A DNA stretch of 63,024 nucleotides, the filler included, from Phoronis australis (taxonomy: Eukaryota > Animalia > Phoronida), in the NCBI GenBank assembly GCA_002633005.1. It is 6 parts of 6 records of this genome, joined end to end, with 100 filler letters (N's around TTAATTAATTAA, not from the genome) between each part and the next. Parts side by side here need not be neighbours in the genome. Positions count along the whole stretch, not along the records: positions 21,487 to 44,395 come from NMRA01001382.1; positions 44,496 to 50,670 come from NMRA01002211.1; 4 more parts are not named here. One strand, given 5' to 3'. Positions within the stretch are counted from its first letter, which is position 1. The number at the start of each line of letters is the position of its first letter. Position numbers and translations under genes: made by a program. Of this stretch, positions 36,048 to 50,670 are shown piece by piece. The notes under the pieces are model-generated. The model did no database searches. It was given only the letters and a program-made list of their open reading frames with translations, and was not told the origin of the DNA.

Positions 36048-39000
36048 TTTATTTAGTTTTCAGAAAAAGTAATGTGGAGAGTAAAACTAATTTTTTGTAT
36101 TAAGTTAGTAAGTCACATTTCATAATACAAACCATGCAAGCTTTTAGGCTTCCATATCCAAATATTCAAGCCTCAAGTACAATTTAAAACTTTTTATCGC
36201 AGGGTAAAAACTAATCCACAGAGAGATGAAATCTAAGATGAACACGACACTGAAAGACCCTGATAAATCAAATGCGATGTAGAGCGACGGGATGTGTGGC
36301 TGCTGGGAGTTACGCAATTCCAAGCTTGTCAGTTGTTAACGCTTTTAAAAGGATTTGTTCAGATTAGCGCATTAATCTAGATCTACGTATGTTACAAATG
36401 CATTAAATCGGACATTTTGAGTGAATTTAAGCAACTAATCCATGTAATGGCGCTGCGACCAAGATACAGGTTATCCGCCAGTCATGACTCAGGAGCGGAA
36501 ATTCTAACACTGAAGGACAAACTAGAGTTTTTGTTGCAAGACCAAACATTTGCCGAAGGCCTTTTGCACAAACTTGCAACTTCATTTCTGTTACTTTAGT
36601 TCAAATCGTAGCATTTCACACCAAAATCATAAGGATACCTGGAACTTCGGTTAATGCTTATTAGTTGAAATCGTGTGAATACTGGCAGTCTGAAATGTCG
36701 AGTCCAAAATCATTTGGGCGGTTGCTGGGGGCCATTGCGGGCAGTAGTTATGGGTCATCTTATGCCAGAAATATATTTCAAGGTAGTTCTTGATTGAAAA
36801 TATATCTACACTTGTAAGTCATGTATGTCATGACTCCTATAAATGCGCCCACATTATATGAATAATGAAAAAGAATATTATTTTCCGGTATAGCGCAACG
36901 AACTAGTAATATATTATATTCACACTAGTTATAGTTGGAATAATGAAATATAAGTTAATGTGTGTTTCATTTGATTCCCTTCTAAGTGCAGAAAACACAG
37001 TGAGTAAACAACATACCTCCATTACTTAATCTGTTACAGGCCGGTAGAACTAATTTGGAACAGAATCGAGCGTATGCCGCGATATTATCGTCTACGCCGC
37101 TGACATGAACTCCGGCCTGTATCCGACGTGGTCGCAGCGTCCTCATGTGATTGAAATCTTCGAAGGTATACCTCGTTAGATAACCCAAATAGGTTTTAAA
37201 TGTTCGAAAGCAATCATCATAAAAGGACATTCGTCTTCACTCAAAACTTAAAAATGAAGCAATAGTGTCTGCGTGTTTTTCAAAACCCTTTATATCATAA
37301 AATTCGTGAATATTTTTAAGACAAAGTTTATTTCAATGATCCAAAATGACACAAGAAGAATTCAAATATCAGTCACTTCATTACTATTCATACCCAAATT
37401 AGTGTGCGTGCGCATTCAAAGAAGAATGCCCTCTTTGGGACAACCTGTATACGTGACAAGCTTGTTGCTGTATTTGCAGACCGTGAAGCTGAGGTCGTAT
37501 TCCTTCAGTGAATTTACGCGGAGTTATATCTACTACCACGACTCCCGGAGTTTTATAATTGAGAACCTGCTTTTGAACACACATTGAACGTGCGAAAAAT
37601 AGGTCTCTGGCGCATTCATAAAGGGCTATTCCGCTACTAAGTGCTTTAAGGTTAAAAAAATCCTACTTTCATCCATGCCGAAACTCAAACTACAGAAATG
37701 CGTACATGTGCCACTACGGAATTCACAATTTTAGGGATGCCCAGCCTCAATGCACTCTGAACTGTTTTTCTAGTCGTTGGTGGTTTGATGTTCTTGTTGG
37801 TAACGGAAATAGAATCTCATCACGGTAATGAATATTACGAGACCGATTTTATGATAGTACAAGGCCTTATTCATTCTTTTTGGCAAGCTAAACAGGTAGA
37901 AATGCCGCTTTAAATTACACAAACAATAAAAATTGATGTCTCTGATATTTAAATTTCTAGCACGAGAATTTTCGTTCCATACATTGGGCTTTTCGCGCTC
38001 TTTTTTCATTTAATTTTGCCCGAAATTAATAAATCGATATCGACTCTGATCGTTTTACTGCTGGAAAGTTGCTCAGTTGATCTACTCGAACTTTACGAAC
38101 CGAAGATTGTACAATACAAAATACGCGTTGTCAAATTTCTAACACTTCATGCCTGAGTGAACAACTTTTACCAAACTATACCAGGTCAAAATGTATTATT
38201 CCGAAAATGGCTTAAATAAAGAATCTCAAGTTTTTAATTAATTGAAGCACTTTTTGACTAAAGTTGGAACACAGAAGTAGAAGAAAAAGTGTAAATCGTG
38301 TGCCAATAAATACAGTCGTACCATTTTCAATCAGAGCTTCGAATTTCTTTTCGCACATCTAGAAAAACTGGCTCTAAAAATTGCACGTCAGAAGGTACGC
38401 GTTTCAACTGTCAATCGCTGTGATAAAACGGTCTTTCCGTAGTATTTATGATATGTTCAAATAAAAAAACAGTTAGCCACAGCCTGTAACCGATATAATG
38501 CATTATTTTTTGTATTTGAAAATAATTTTTGAAATTCTGCTAGATTGATTTGATCAAGTTCTTACCGACATCCTTGCGTTCCGCTTTCCTATTAACTTGC
38601 ATAACAGGGTATTAAAGTTTTATGACGCGAGCGTCAACAAAGAGCCATCATTTTTAGCGCATTAGCACATTCTGCACAGCCGCTCAACCATGCATATGTT
38701 TTGGTTGCCGTTGCTAACATTCCATGCTGCCTGCATGCAATCTAATTAAGGGCCCATTACCCTAGTTTCATATAGATATACCTTTTAACGTTATTTTACC
38801 CCATTTGTACCATAGGCGGATTTAGGGGGGAATACAGGGCCCCCCCCCCTTGGCTGCCGCAAAAAATAAAACAGTAAGAGCGTAGGGAAATGTTGAGTTT
38901 ATTAATTAACCCCGGTAATTGACCTATCGCAAGCTCCGCCCCTATGCGAAAAGTCACATGATACCCGACATTCGAACGAGATGTCAGCGGCAAATACACT

Positions 39001-40361
39001 GTCGCTAAACGACGTTCCTGGTGGAATCGATGAGTGTTTTTGCACTATTTGAAAACGCGTCGACAGAGACAAGAGGCGATGCTTTTCAACAGTGAATCGT
39101 ACGTTCATGATATGGGAATTTGTAAAGGTGACGATGAAAAAATAAGTGCTCGAGAAGCCAGAGAAAATCCGAAGAACCCCTCGCTCGCCCTCGGGCTACC
39201 TTCACCTGACAAATGGCAAGGCCACTGATACGATATGTTCATGTAAAGCTGGGTATGTACCTTAAAGTCCAATTATCTGTACGATTCCATAGATTTCATG
39301 ATCTTTCGAATAAATCAGTGAAGATTCACCGATATTTTTATTCTGTCGTCTGCTAAATTTCGCCAAATGAAAAGTAGGTCACAACTGGTGGGACTCCTGG
39401 AGTAAAGTAGGTCATAGATTACAGACAACACATGCACTATAGTCTCTGACTAGATCGACTCGATAGCTTTTCTAATCTTGTCACGAAATATTTTGATCAA
39501 AAGATTCAGGTTCATAGCTCAGGTACACACTCATCTCGTCCTGGGCAAACAGTTAGCTCCGGTAGCCTAGGTCTAGGGCTGTGTCTAAGTAAAANNNNNN
39601 NNNNNNNNNNNNNNNNNNNNNNNNNNNNNNNNNNNNNNNNNNNNNNNNNNNNNNNNNNNNNNNNNNNNNNNNNNNNNNNNNNNNNNNNNNNNNNNNNNNN
39701 NNNNNNNNNNNNNNNNNNNNNNNNNNNNNNNNNNNNNNNNNNNNNNNNNNNNNNNNNNNNNNNNNNNNNNNNNNNNNNNNNNNNNNNNNNNNNNNNNNNN
39801 NNNNNNNNNNNNNNNNNNNNNNNNNNNNNNNNNNNNNNNNNNNNNNNNNNNNNNNNNNNNNNNNNNNNNNNNNNNNNNNNNNNNNNNNNNNNNNNNNNNN
39901 NNNNNNNNNNNNNNNNNNNNNNNNNNNNNNNNNNNNNNNNNNNNNNNNNNNNNNNNNNNNNNNNNNNNNNNNNNNNNNNNNNNNNNNNNNNNNNNNGCAA
40001 TGAAGAAAATTTACTTCATTTTTTAAAGAGAATGGAACCTGAGTGACGATGAAAAAACAGAAGCTGCTGGTAAGATGTGAATTTTAATCGAAGCCTTAGT
40101 GAATCACTCGGAAACTCGCAATCCTCTCTTTGTCAAACCTTATCTTAAGACGATTTCCAAAGCAATCCCGTCATTATTGCCAACACGAAAAACGGATTTG
40201 GTCTTTTGGGCATTTGAAGACTATTTTAAATACGACAAATTTGTTAAGAATTGATGGCACAAAATATAAAACGTGTAATAAGCATTACAAAAAGAAGTAG
40301 GTTTCGCGCAAACGCTGTGGACCATAAGTAAGTAGGTCTCTTAGAAACAGTTTAGAAGTCA

Positions 40362-40432
40362 AGTTGTGGTGGTGTAGTGGTAACGCTCACGCGCTGTTTC
40401 CGCCAGGTCGTGAGTTCGAGTCTTAGGTTGTT
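40362..40432 (+). repeat. tRNA-derived SINE-like head
   Basis: A box TGGTGTAGTGG, B box GAGTTCGAGTC, followed by a T-run. Confidence 0.5.
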
Positions 40433-40489
40433 GCGGTTTTTTCTGTTCGACACGTTCTCCGTTTCTTTTTTTGCCTCTTTTGTCTTCAG

Positions 40490-40679
40490 GAATCAAGGAA
40501 AATGCTTAATTTTTAGAGGTAAAAACAAAAAAGTTTCTTGGGCGGGAGGGGGCAAACACCCCTCCCGACCTCCCCCACTTCGGTGCTATGCGCATCTACA
40601 ATCGCGGTTCAGTTTGCGCAAATGCTTACAGCCGGACAAAAAGTTGCCTCCCCCTTGTGATATCCTAGATCCGCCACTG
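40490..40679. mobile_element. GC-rich MITE, 3' part (...TAGATCCGCCACTG)
   Basis: Terminus related to the CAG(T/G)GGCGGAT ends at 21347, 30563, 44359, 58196-58225 and 63010, and to 38811-38946. Confidence 0.6.
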
Positions 40680-41084
40680 TTGATGAATCATGACGTAGCA
40701 TTTCAAGCATATTTAATGACAAGAAAAACTGATTTTGGTGCTTTGTAGGCCAAGTCCAACCTAATAACTTCCTGAAGTCTGTCCCTTACAACAATAATCT
40801 CAAACTGCGTATTTCGGTCGCAGTTCCTTTAAGCAGAGCCCGAGTGTTGCCCGGTAGAACGCGCCAACCTCAGAATAGTTTGCATGTACATGACAACGAT
40901 AAATTTGTGGACGAACATCTTCCACGTTTCACGCATAGTACAGTACCCAACCGTTTTGGATTCCATGTGAAAATAGAAGTGATTTGTACACCATTGTGTG
41001 TGCCGTGTTGTATTCATGCAAGCATACACGCGCCATATGACGAATGTTATTTCGAGCTTTGACCTTTGTTGTTAGGCAGAAGCA

Positions 41085-41760
41085 TTCCACCACTGAAAAT
41101 TTGTCTGGCGTGTTATAGTTGTCACATCTGTCATATGTACTGATGTGCCCTTAGTTTCACCCGACGGATTGATCTAGATCAGCTCTGAAGTCTGGGCGTG
41201 TCTCAGGCGGCCTTAGTCCACCACTGGATTTGTCTGGTAGTATTCATTGATGATACATGGTCATTTGCAACATTTTGCAACCAATGTTATGCGGTTACCT
41301 CTTGGGTTGATCTAGCTCAATCTTGGGACACCATTATTTTGATCCGTCCGGGGCACACCACCACTGAAATTGTCTGGCATATAACTGCTGCGTCGCGTGG
41401 AATGATGCTGGACATTAAACAGTTGGTTTTCAACCGGTTACATGGTGGGTTGGGCTAGTTCAACTCGGAGATTTGGGCGTGTCTGGTGAGGGTAATCGGT
41501 CCACCACTGAATTTGTTTGGCAGTGTTCACTCATGATGCATTGGTCTATGTTGAATAATTTGCAACCAGTTTTGTTTTCATGCGGTTGCTTCTTACATCG
41601 ATCTAGCAATTTTTGGCCTCAGTTACTAACCTTCTGCATGGCTGATGTTCCTCATCATGAAAATGTCCGGCAGTGGCTAATTTTGATACAGTGATTTTAG
41701 TAGTAGGTGACGCAGGTATTTTAAGTGGTTACCAGAAAAGTTGATCAAGCTCAATTTTTG
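41085..41760. repeat. degenerate ~130-150-bp tandem array
   Basis: CCACCACTG(A/G)A..TTGT(C/T)TGG recurs at ~41088, 41218, 41358, 41502 and, more decayed, ~41650; each is followed by a TGATCTAG-like motif. Confidence 0.6.
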
Positions 41761-44495
41761 AGTGCCATTCTCATGGCTCCCTGACCACACTCACCTAGAG
41801 AGAACCTGCCAGACGGTCATTTCCTAGCATTGGGACGGATCGCTGGGGGTATCAAAGAAAAAATGGTTACTTTTCATGCCCAAAATCCTCTGAGATCCCT
41901 GTCAATAGACTTCACCCTGAGTTTTTAGAGCAGTGAAAGCAGGATGCCGTGAAAATGTCCAATCGTTCTGGCTTTGAGGTAAGATTGATGCGATTGGTTA
42001 AAAAGCACTTGTGTTGCTTGGAAACAGGTTTTCTCCAAGTTTAAAGAAGTGGCAAGTAGTTTAAATATGACTAAAAGTTTTAAAATTCGCCGATTACTCA
42101 TGCAGTGAAGTTAGTGGTGAATGGGCACAGTGGAGGAAAGAAATTTAACCTCCAGTCCATACTTCTGTATGATTTTAAGCTATTGAAAAACAATTTCAGT
42201 TCGTCAAAATTCCATGAGAAAAGAGGGCGCCAAAACGTATCTCAAGCCCTACTAACTTCGTACTGAAAATGCCGAATCAAGGGGGGTCAATAATTGATCG
42301 GACTTTAAACCACTTGCCCGGTTTTCAAGTGACTGGACTGCAAACCACAATGGCCGGCTTTATAGCTTGGTGGTCGAACCTCAAAACGCCATTACCAGCA
42401 ATTCGTAAACTAGGTCATCCGCCAGGTTCTCTGCGTAAACTAGGTCATCGCTAATGGACCAGTTAGCGCTTCACTCTCCGCGTGTCTACTGGAGAGAAGC
42501 ACCCAGGAAGGTTGTTCTACATTTTGTAGCCCAAAATTACCAAAGTTCAAATATATTCCGTTGAAAAGGAAAGACAAAACATATCATTACAGATGTCTGG
42601 CCAATATCATGAGTCACTACTCGTAAGCAAATCAAAGCTGTCCTTACTCGTTGCCTTATCTCGCACTACCCGTCAATCGACTAGTTTTCAGTTCGCAATG
42701 CAACAATACAATTCTCATAAATTCAACTTGTAATGACCCCTTTCAATTTTAAACCATGCCCGAAGTACTCGGAAACAAATTATTGTTAGGTACAACGAGT
42801 TTTTTTTCTCTGAAGTGGATCGTAAACACCTCAGGTGGCTGAGTTTTCCGCACATAGCTACTTTGGCCTAGAGCTGAATTCTTAGCTCCCGCACTATGGG
42901 CCGGGCCGGTCAAGGGCTAATCCCTGTTGTACGCACTACTTAAGCATTGGAATCAAATTGTTATATATAGAGAAAACGTTTATTAGTATACTGGTGTGAA
43001 TATTATCAGTGATTTAACCAAAAACTTCGAATTAACTAGACCCACTAATGCTAGTCTATGACGATAAACTGATATCAAAAGGCCAAAATTGGCAATTTTC
43101 GGCGACCCCATGTTAAATACAAAATTTTGTCTAATTTTCTTCAAAATTCTACATTTCAATCTTGATTATACTGACATCTGTTGGGTCTATCGGCAACTAA
43201 CCGCACATGAAAGGCTTGGTCGAAAATTATCGTTTTCTCACATGCACTTTCGGGTTTTTAGCGGGGATTCCACTGATCGAAGCGACAAAATAAGCCAAAA
43301 CTTTGGCCATACCATGTTAAACATAAAATTTTTTCCAATTTTGCTGAAACTTGGCCACGTTTTTAACAAAATACTTATCTATGCTATGTGCTATCGGCAA
43401 ATGTGATTGATTCATAAATAAGACCCACACGCTGTGTTTTCTGCGAATCCCATGTATTCTGAAGGGGGCTAACTGAGTGATTTTCGCGCATGCGCAATTC
43501 ACGGTTTCAATATTGCTGGTAATGATGTCCTCACCAAAAAAATACTATTTTCAAAGCGAGACTCTGAGAAAGTCCGGGCGTCGTGTTTGATCACCGGCGA
43601 ACTGGTTATAACACCAGTCATCGTGTTTGGGTCCAAGCAACTAGTTTTTTTGGGTTAAACCATCGCGATTTGAACTGAGTCCGTACAACAGGTTTGATCA
43701 ACGGCCAAATGAGTTGGTTTTGCAGTCCAGACGACTGGTTTTGGAGTCCGGGCTAGTGGTTTTGAAATCCGACCAATTGTTGGATTCCCCCCATGCGAAT
43801 AGTGTATCGACAACACTTTTATCGTTCTGATGTGAAATGGCACTGTCACGTCAAATGTACATGTGACATTAACTTTTTTGATCACTTAAATGTATTCAGC
43901 AGCTTGGATTAACAAACTGTCATAAGTAAACGATTTTTGTGACACATTTATCTCACGAAATGATATTTTTACGGTAATTCATTGTCGTCTTGCTGCACTT
44001 TTTCGTCGAGGTTGATGAGCAGTTATATGGCAGGTAAAATTTTCGGCAGATTTTGTTTCAGAACCCCCAAAGCAAAGCTTCAGGTTATCTATTAATAGTC
44101 CTAAGTAATGTGCAACGTAATTGAATCGGGAAATAGAGTTAGTTACCCCTGCGTAGGACATAATGACCGAAACACCAAGCCTAAAGCGACATTTTACCGG
44201 CTACATTCATTTTTTCCGGGAAGCGCTTTACCTAAAGTACTGGTACATAAGACGGATTTTTTAAACCACTATATACTTCCTTACACTGAGGTATGTTCTT
44301 CATATCGGCTGTCTCGCAAATTTGTTAGTCTGTGAATTTTGATTTCTGGAGGAAGAACCAGGGGCGGATCCAGGATTTTGAGTTATGGTGGGTGGNNNNN
44401 NNNNNNNNNNNNNNNNNNNNNNNNNNNNNNNNNNNNNNNTTAATTAATTAANNNNNNNNNNNNNNNNNNNNNNNNNNNNNNNNNNNNNNNNNNNN

Positions 44496-45442
44496 TGAGA
44501 AGCCAGCAATGAATAAACCACTGCGTTACCGGCTTTTGATGCCGGCAATAAAGGTAATTGACCGGGCACCGAGGCCGTGTGAGCCCATGCTAATTCAGTG
44601 TTTGCTGACAGAAAGCTGTTGTGAAACAATTACCCGATTTAATATGCTATGGTCACATGTTAGGGGAATCTTTATTTAGAAATACAAATACATTATTTAA
44701 ATCATTGTTACCGTACAACCTTTGCCCTGACGGTCTGTGGAAGGGGAACCCGACTTCGCGGCCCCCGACAAGTAAGTAGATTTTCAGTTTCGTGGCTAAT
44801 TCACATAAATAATTACGTGCACATTATTTTTTTGGCTCACTATTATAGTCTTTTCGTGACTGGAGGTTTAGTTTCCAACTCAAGCTGGTTTATGTTCGTG
44901 TCAGTCCCAGCGGCCGCGACGAGCCTGGTCGGGTTCCGAGCCACTAGCCGGGATAACAAGCGTTTTGTGTGTTTAGAACTCAAAAAATCACAAGTCTAAA
45001 AAACACAGATCTAGGTTCTCCTGTCTGTATTTCACGGAAGAATACTTGGAATATATCTCCGAACAGACCCCAAACTCTTGCCTCGGACCTTAGTAAATTG
45101 TTTTGCCGAAATTTGAAGGCTACGGTGTGTCTAAATACCAATAAATCCGGAACAGCGAAATAAAACAGCACGTTTTTATCAGAACCCGGTGTATTTTTAA
45201 GGGTTTTCCATCGACGTTTGATGATTTATTGGTGTTAAACGATGAATTCAAGCGATAAGCTGACACCAGTAACCCGTGTTGTGAACTGCTGAACAGACTG
45301 CGTGTGAAACCAATGACGTCATTGGATATTTTCAACACCTCCGTCTGCAGTTTCAGGTAACGCAACCGAATGTGCCGTTATCGAGTAGAACTACTCGATC
45401 TAATTTGATACAAAATAGGTTGTTTTGGGGTGACATTCTCCT
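44496..45442. mobile_element. second copy (opposite orientation, truncated by gap) of the 55182-56868 element
   Basis: Reverse complement of ~55182-56168; ends GGGTGACATTCTCCT|ttaa. Confidence 0.8.
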
Positions 45443-48400
45443 TTAAAGACTAAAAGAAAGCGATGTTCAATAGTACTCGCTTTGATAGGCTGATGGTATG
45501 GAAGTTGTATTGACTTTATAGATTTTTATGAAGTCCTTATAGCCATTACCTTATATTGAGATTTTGAGGTTTGGTGTTTTCAACCATGCAGTGCGACAGA
45601 CAGTATTCAAGTTAAATTTTGTAAACTAATTTTAAGTGTAATGATAATGCCACTAATGCGGCGGTGTTGGGAGAATTGGACGGTAACCCCTGTTGACTTA
45701 TTATTTTACAAGATGTCCGAAACTGCAAGAAATACCAGGGCGCTAGCACGCTAAGAAAAATTGAAAAAGCTGGAATACATTGGCAGGCAAATTTGGGTCA
45801 CAAAAGCAAAATATTTGTTTTATGTAAATACGGGTTTGCTTGTGTTTGGCTTCAGCACGAAGTTGGTGCCATATATGCTTTTATTAAAATATTCACTGAA
45901 AGACTCTGAGACTGTGCCTTTCAAACTGGTAGAGCAGTGTGCCAAAAAGGCAACAGTGTCTGTCGATTACTAATTCGCGTAAGAAATTAGCAGTAATTGA
46001 ATATATATTTAACAGTTTCAAAACTACATGATCTCAAACGAAATTGAACAAAACTTCGATGTCCAAGTCATTGCGTTGTAACCGAATGTTGTAGAGGAAC
46101 TGTTGATCTCGAACTAAGAATCTGTCCATTCGTTTCGCAATGTTTGTCTAAGCCCAAATTTCAGTCATCTTTACGGGAGGTGTGTGATTACCACAATGTA
46201 GAAAAAATACTTATTATTACACATTGGCGCCAGAAAGATTCCAGACAAGGTGGTCTTGTTTTGTTGCACACTAATCAGTTTTAGGGTTTGATAGTGTTTT
46301 AATTTGTTTGATGTACATGTATGCATTTGTTGAATTAATCTTTACCTAAAAAGAAATCTGTCCCTTCTGTAAGAACTTAACTTGTTTGAGATAAATACAA
46401 AATTCATTTTCAATTGATTGTTTGTTTTATGACGAACTTAGAGTCCTTCTCTCACGCGTTGTTAACCCTTATTACATGGTTAGAGGATGTTATAAGGATC
46501 CAAGAAGTACTTACCCCNCGCCACTCACGATTCGCACCCGAAGAACCACCGCCATTTTGAACTTGCCGCGAACCCGGAAGTACAATTCATTCAGGAACCC
46601 AGGCCGAGAAATCGCCGTCAGTGCGACTGGAGCAGTGCCTGTACTGTTACCAGCCAGAAAACGGGGATAAAATAATCGACAGCGCGCCTTAATTTTAATA
46701 AAATCAAACTACGGACAATTTTATGGAATTTGCTGAAGAAATGTGGCGAATAAATTTTGACAGAAATTATTTTGCCAGACTCGGGATGGCAGCCTATCGG
46801 ACCCGGTGCGGATCGAGACCAGACACTGGCGAACGGTAAATGCATGCGGTTGCAAAGCTGCTTTGTCGAAGTAAAATGGTCAAATCATAAATGCTGCATA
46901 TATTCAAGGGTAGTTTCAGACACTTGCATGAAATTACGGACTGGTTAGTCCTGTTTCACACTGCCGCGGCAGATCTTCAGTTAGCCTGAGTCACCAGCTA
47001 CCAGTGAAGACTATCGTCAAAATACAGCTTGTTAGTAGGCCTATACAGCTTTGCACCAAGGCTACCCTTAGGCCTAACTGGTCGCTGGCCACAGCGCTCG
47101 CTCAAATGAGGTTTATTTAGAACTTGGGTACTTCTGGCGAACTGTGCAAAGTTGTTGGCTTTCAATAGAGATTTTCCCAGACTTTGTATGAGCGCACAAA
47201 CATTAAAAGAATGGGGGGCTGGAATTTTTGGGAATGTCTATCCTTTACTATAAGATTCAGTGGGTATGTTCAGAACTATGAATTGCAGACTCTAAATTTT
47301 GGTACTTCCTGTCTTCTAGTGGAATATTGTCTCATTTTCTACTTTTTTCGGANAGCCACGCATGCGCAATTTAATCACCACTAGTACAGCAGCGACACCG
47401 CGAGGAGAATTCTCCGAATAGCCCCATTCGTGCTTCTCTGACTGAGGCAGACCTTTTTTAGTTCTCCAAATAGGGGGCTTGTTCGAGCACATAAGAATGA
47501 CAAGTCCAATACAAAATGTTATCATTTTTTATTCATTAACCCAAAATGATTCAAACTTTTAACATAATAAGTAACTTAAAATGCACAATACTTTACAACA
47601 TTTAGCATTACAAACGCTATTCAACAGCAACAGTTTCCATGATGTGAAAGTGGACATACATGTAACTATTACCATGGTGACGGAATAGTGTTTCTTTACA
47701 CCAGAATTTGACAAGCATGATTAAAAAAATATGAAGTTGCAAGGAACAAGAATTAGAGGCTTGAAGCTTCACAATCCAACATAGCTTATTTCTCCAATAA
47801 AGATTATTCATATTGTTGACTTGATAACTTGAATTAAGAAGCAATAAGTTAGAAAACATGACTTGAAAGCAATTGAGACTTAAAATTTAGAAAAATATGA
47901 ATCATTTTGTGACACCGAATCGAGCCTTGAACAGCAGTTGATAGTCAAACAAAAAACCATTTCAAAATGATTTCAACTATTTTTTAGCTTAGTGTAAGAT
48001 CACCTGAATGGGAAATTTAAAGTAAAATAATTCGAATATAACTTATATTTTTGCACAAAAAAACACGAAAATTGAACAAAGTTCCATTTTTGGAGCAATA
48101 TTTGTCAAAATGTATTAACGTTAAATCTTCACAAATGACGAAGTAGCCGATTGAACATGCCTTTCAGTTCAGAAAAAGTCGCCATGTTGTCGGTGGCGCC
48201 AGAAATGAGACGAAGTCCAACGGGAGTTGTGAGCACATTTATCACTTAATGAGTAACAACTGCGAGGCTGAAATTTAGTGAACACTGTTGAATCGGGCAG
48301 AATAGTAAATAAAGATATGTCTAACTAAATGTCACCGTAATTCGTAGGCAAAAACAATTTTCACAATGTTTTAAACTCGTAACTTATACCGCTGTCCTCC

Positions 48401-50497
48401 AATATGGCCGACGCGATCCAAACAAAGTGACCCAAATTTCGCCACAAAACTTGCAATAACTTTACACTTCTTGCCCCGATTTTGATACTTTTTCGATTTT
48501 TACTGAGTAGAATCCACTAACTTTCCGATGATAGCAAAGTACGACGAAAAAATTTGGTTCGACCCATATTGGTTCCTAGGTTCGACCGGCCTACGTAAGG
48601 AACTAAACACCAATGATATTTTAACATACTAAGTACGCGTAACATTCCAAAAAACATCAACGACCACTAACTACAAACTATAAATACACTACATATGCAA
48701 ACGAATCAAGAGATATTACTAATTAAACAAAATAATGAAGACTTTTCGAGCAAGCGAAGCACATTCAGTTACAAGGAAAAAATGGCGGAAATGTGGGTAC
48801 GGAAATAACCGATGACAGCTGGTAATTATACGCTCACAGAGAAGGGTCAAATACTGTTAAAAAATCGCTTTTGGCAAGAAAGGCGAAAAGAATATAAAGA
48901 AAGGGTGTCGAAAATAAGATTTTATGTAGTAAGTATTTTCGGATACTGGAACCACATACTGAGACCAGGTCTTTAACCACTGCCAAAATGTAAGTGATAA
49001 TCTTGGTGATATTTTGCCGCTCATTCTTATTTAACCCCTTTTTAAAATTCTCGATTTCAAAAGTGAATACTGCATAAGAACGGAAGCAGAAATTATGAGC
49101 CTCTCTGGAAAGTTAAAAACATTTTCATGTAAAGCAGCATCAAGTCCTTCGAACGACAAGAAGAATAGACTGGCTTAGAATCCAGTAGTATCGGAAACGG
49201 AAGACTTAGTTTATTATGAATTTGTAGACCACTGTTTGCAGTGAAGAAAGCAATGAGAACAACGAAAGAGAATGCTACCATGACAAATTCGAAATAATCG
49301 ATATTTTGCCCCAAGAATTCCGAGATTGGGAAATTATTATTTATGAAGGATGACTGTTCTTGCGACACTCACTCAGCGTCTGAGACTATCGGACTCGAGA
49401 CTTTGTTGTGGCCGTTTACATGTCATGTCACGCTACTGACCTGCACGCTTTATGACTTTCAATGCCTTCCAATGTTCTTGAAGCCGTGAACAACAAATCT
49501 CGAGTTCTTAAAAGTAGTGAAGCCGCTCCAATGCATCATAATTCACGGTATTAGGCATTCCGTATAAAACTTCTTAAGGCAGACTCTCCGAACTCCGTAG
49601 GAAAGGAAAATTCTGGCTTTGGTGCTCTCCTTAGGGTACACATGTTATCGTACTTTCATCATCTGTCAAAGAAACCTTGCTGAAAAGGAGTGATTTTAGA
49701 AATATGATTCATCAATGACAAGCAGAAAATTCAAGAGATGCTTCTTTGGGGTTATTAACGTTTTAAATGGCCTCTGAGTTCACTTGGTGGTGCCAATGAA
49801 CAGATTGTGAGCAGAAATCAGATTATGGGGGCGTCTGTGGGCTTGCGGGCCAGATTACTACCAGAATGCATACGTTTTTGTGGGCAGGGATGTTGTCTTA
49901 CTAGTGTCACCTAGCAAATTTCCAGTCGCTGATTGGTATCAGACGTTGCCTGTGTTGTATGCTTTAAGAAGTCCGTAGGCCCCGCGTCATTTATGGGATG
50001 ACAGTTTGAAAAGTAGTGTAATTATCTAATTTATAAGAAACACCACCGTTTTGCCAAAGTTCTTGTTTGAGAGATCTTAGAGGTTTATGACAGAAAATGC
50101 TTTTAGTGCTTTATTTTGGCTTTTCTTTAAAACAATTGCCCTTGAACCTTGGGCATTGACAAAAAAGATTCAGATCGTAAGTGTACATAAGTTAAGTACA
50201 GTATGATGAGACATCGGTTTATTGAAATACTATCAAATGAATGCACTTAAGAAAGCAACACACCACATTTATTGCGCAGCTTTCAGTGTCCCAAAAATGA
50301 AGATTTCTGTTCCTCTAAGCCACTGAGCTAAGCCCATACTTGACAGACTCTACACAAAATGAAGGATGTCCTATATAATGTTCAAGAGCACACAATAATA
50401 AGATAAAGTAACATTAAAACACAACAATTGCGCTTCACAGGGATACTAGACTGGAATATGCCAAAACAACACACTACAATAAAATACCGTACAATAC

Positions 50498-50670
50498 ATA
50501 TAGATTATTACATGGCTAACGCCCCTCGGGCGATAATTCTCTAAAATCCACTCGGGCTCTAGATAACGGGGGATAACGACTGAGAACATGTAAAAATCTA
50601 TTTATACCACATACTGAACGAGAAACATTGCAATGAATCGATCTACCTTTCTCGACTCGCCTCGGCTTTG
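50498..50670. mobile_element. second, partly deleted copy of the 28926 hairpin element, cut by gap
   Basis: Near-identical to 28926-29160 with most of the left arm missing. Confidence 0.75.

Noticed and set aside
42125-43400. Transib/Chapaev-like CAC(A/T) termini with subterminal repeats
   Set aside because: Could not find a matching opposite terminus or TSD.
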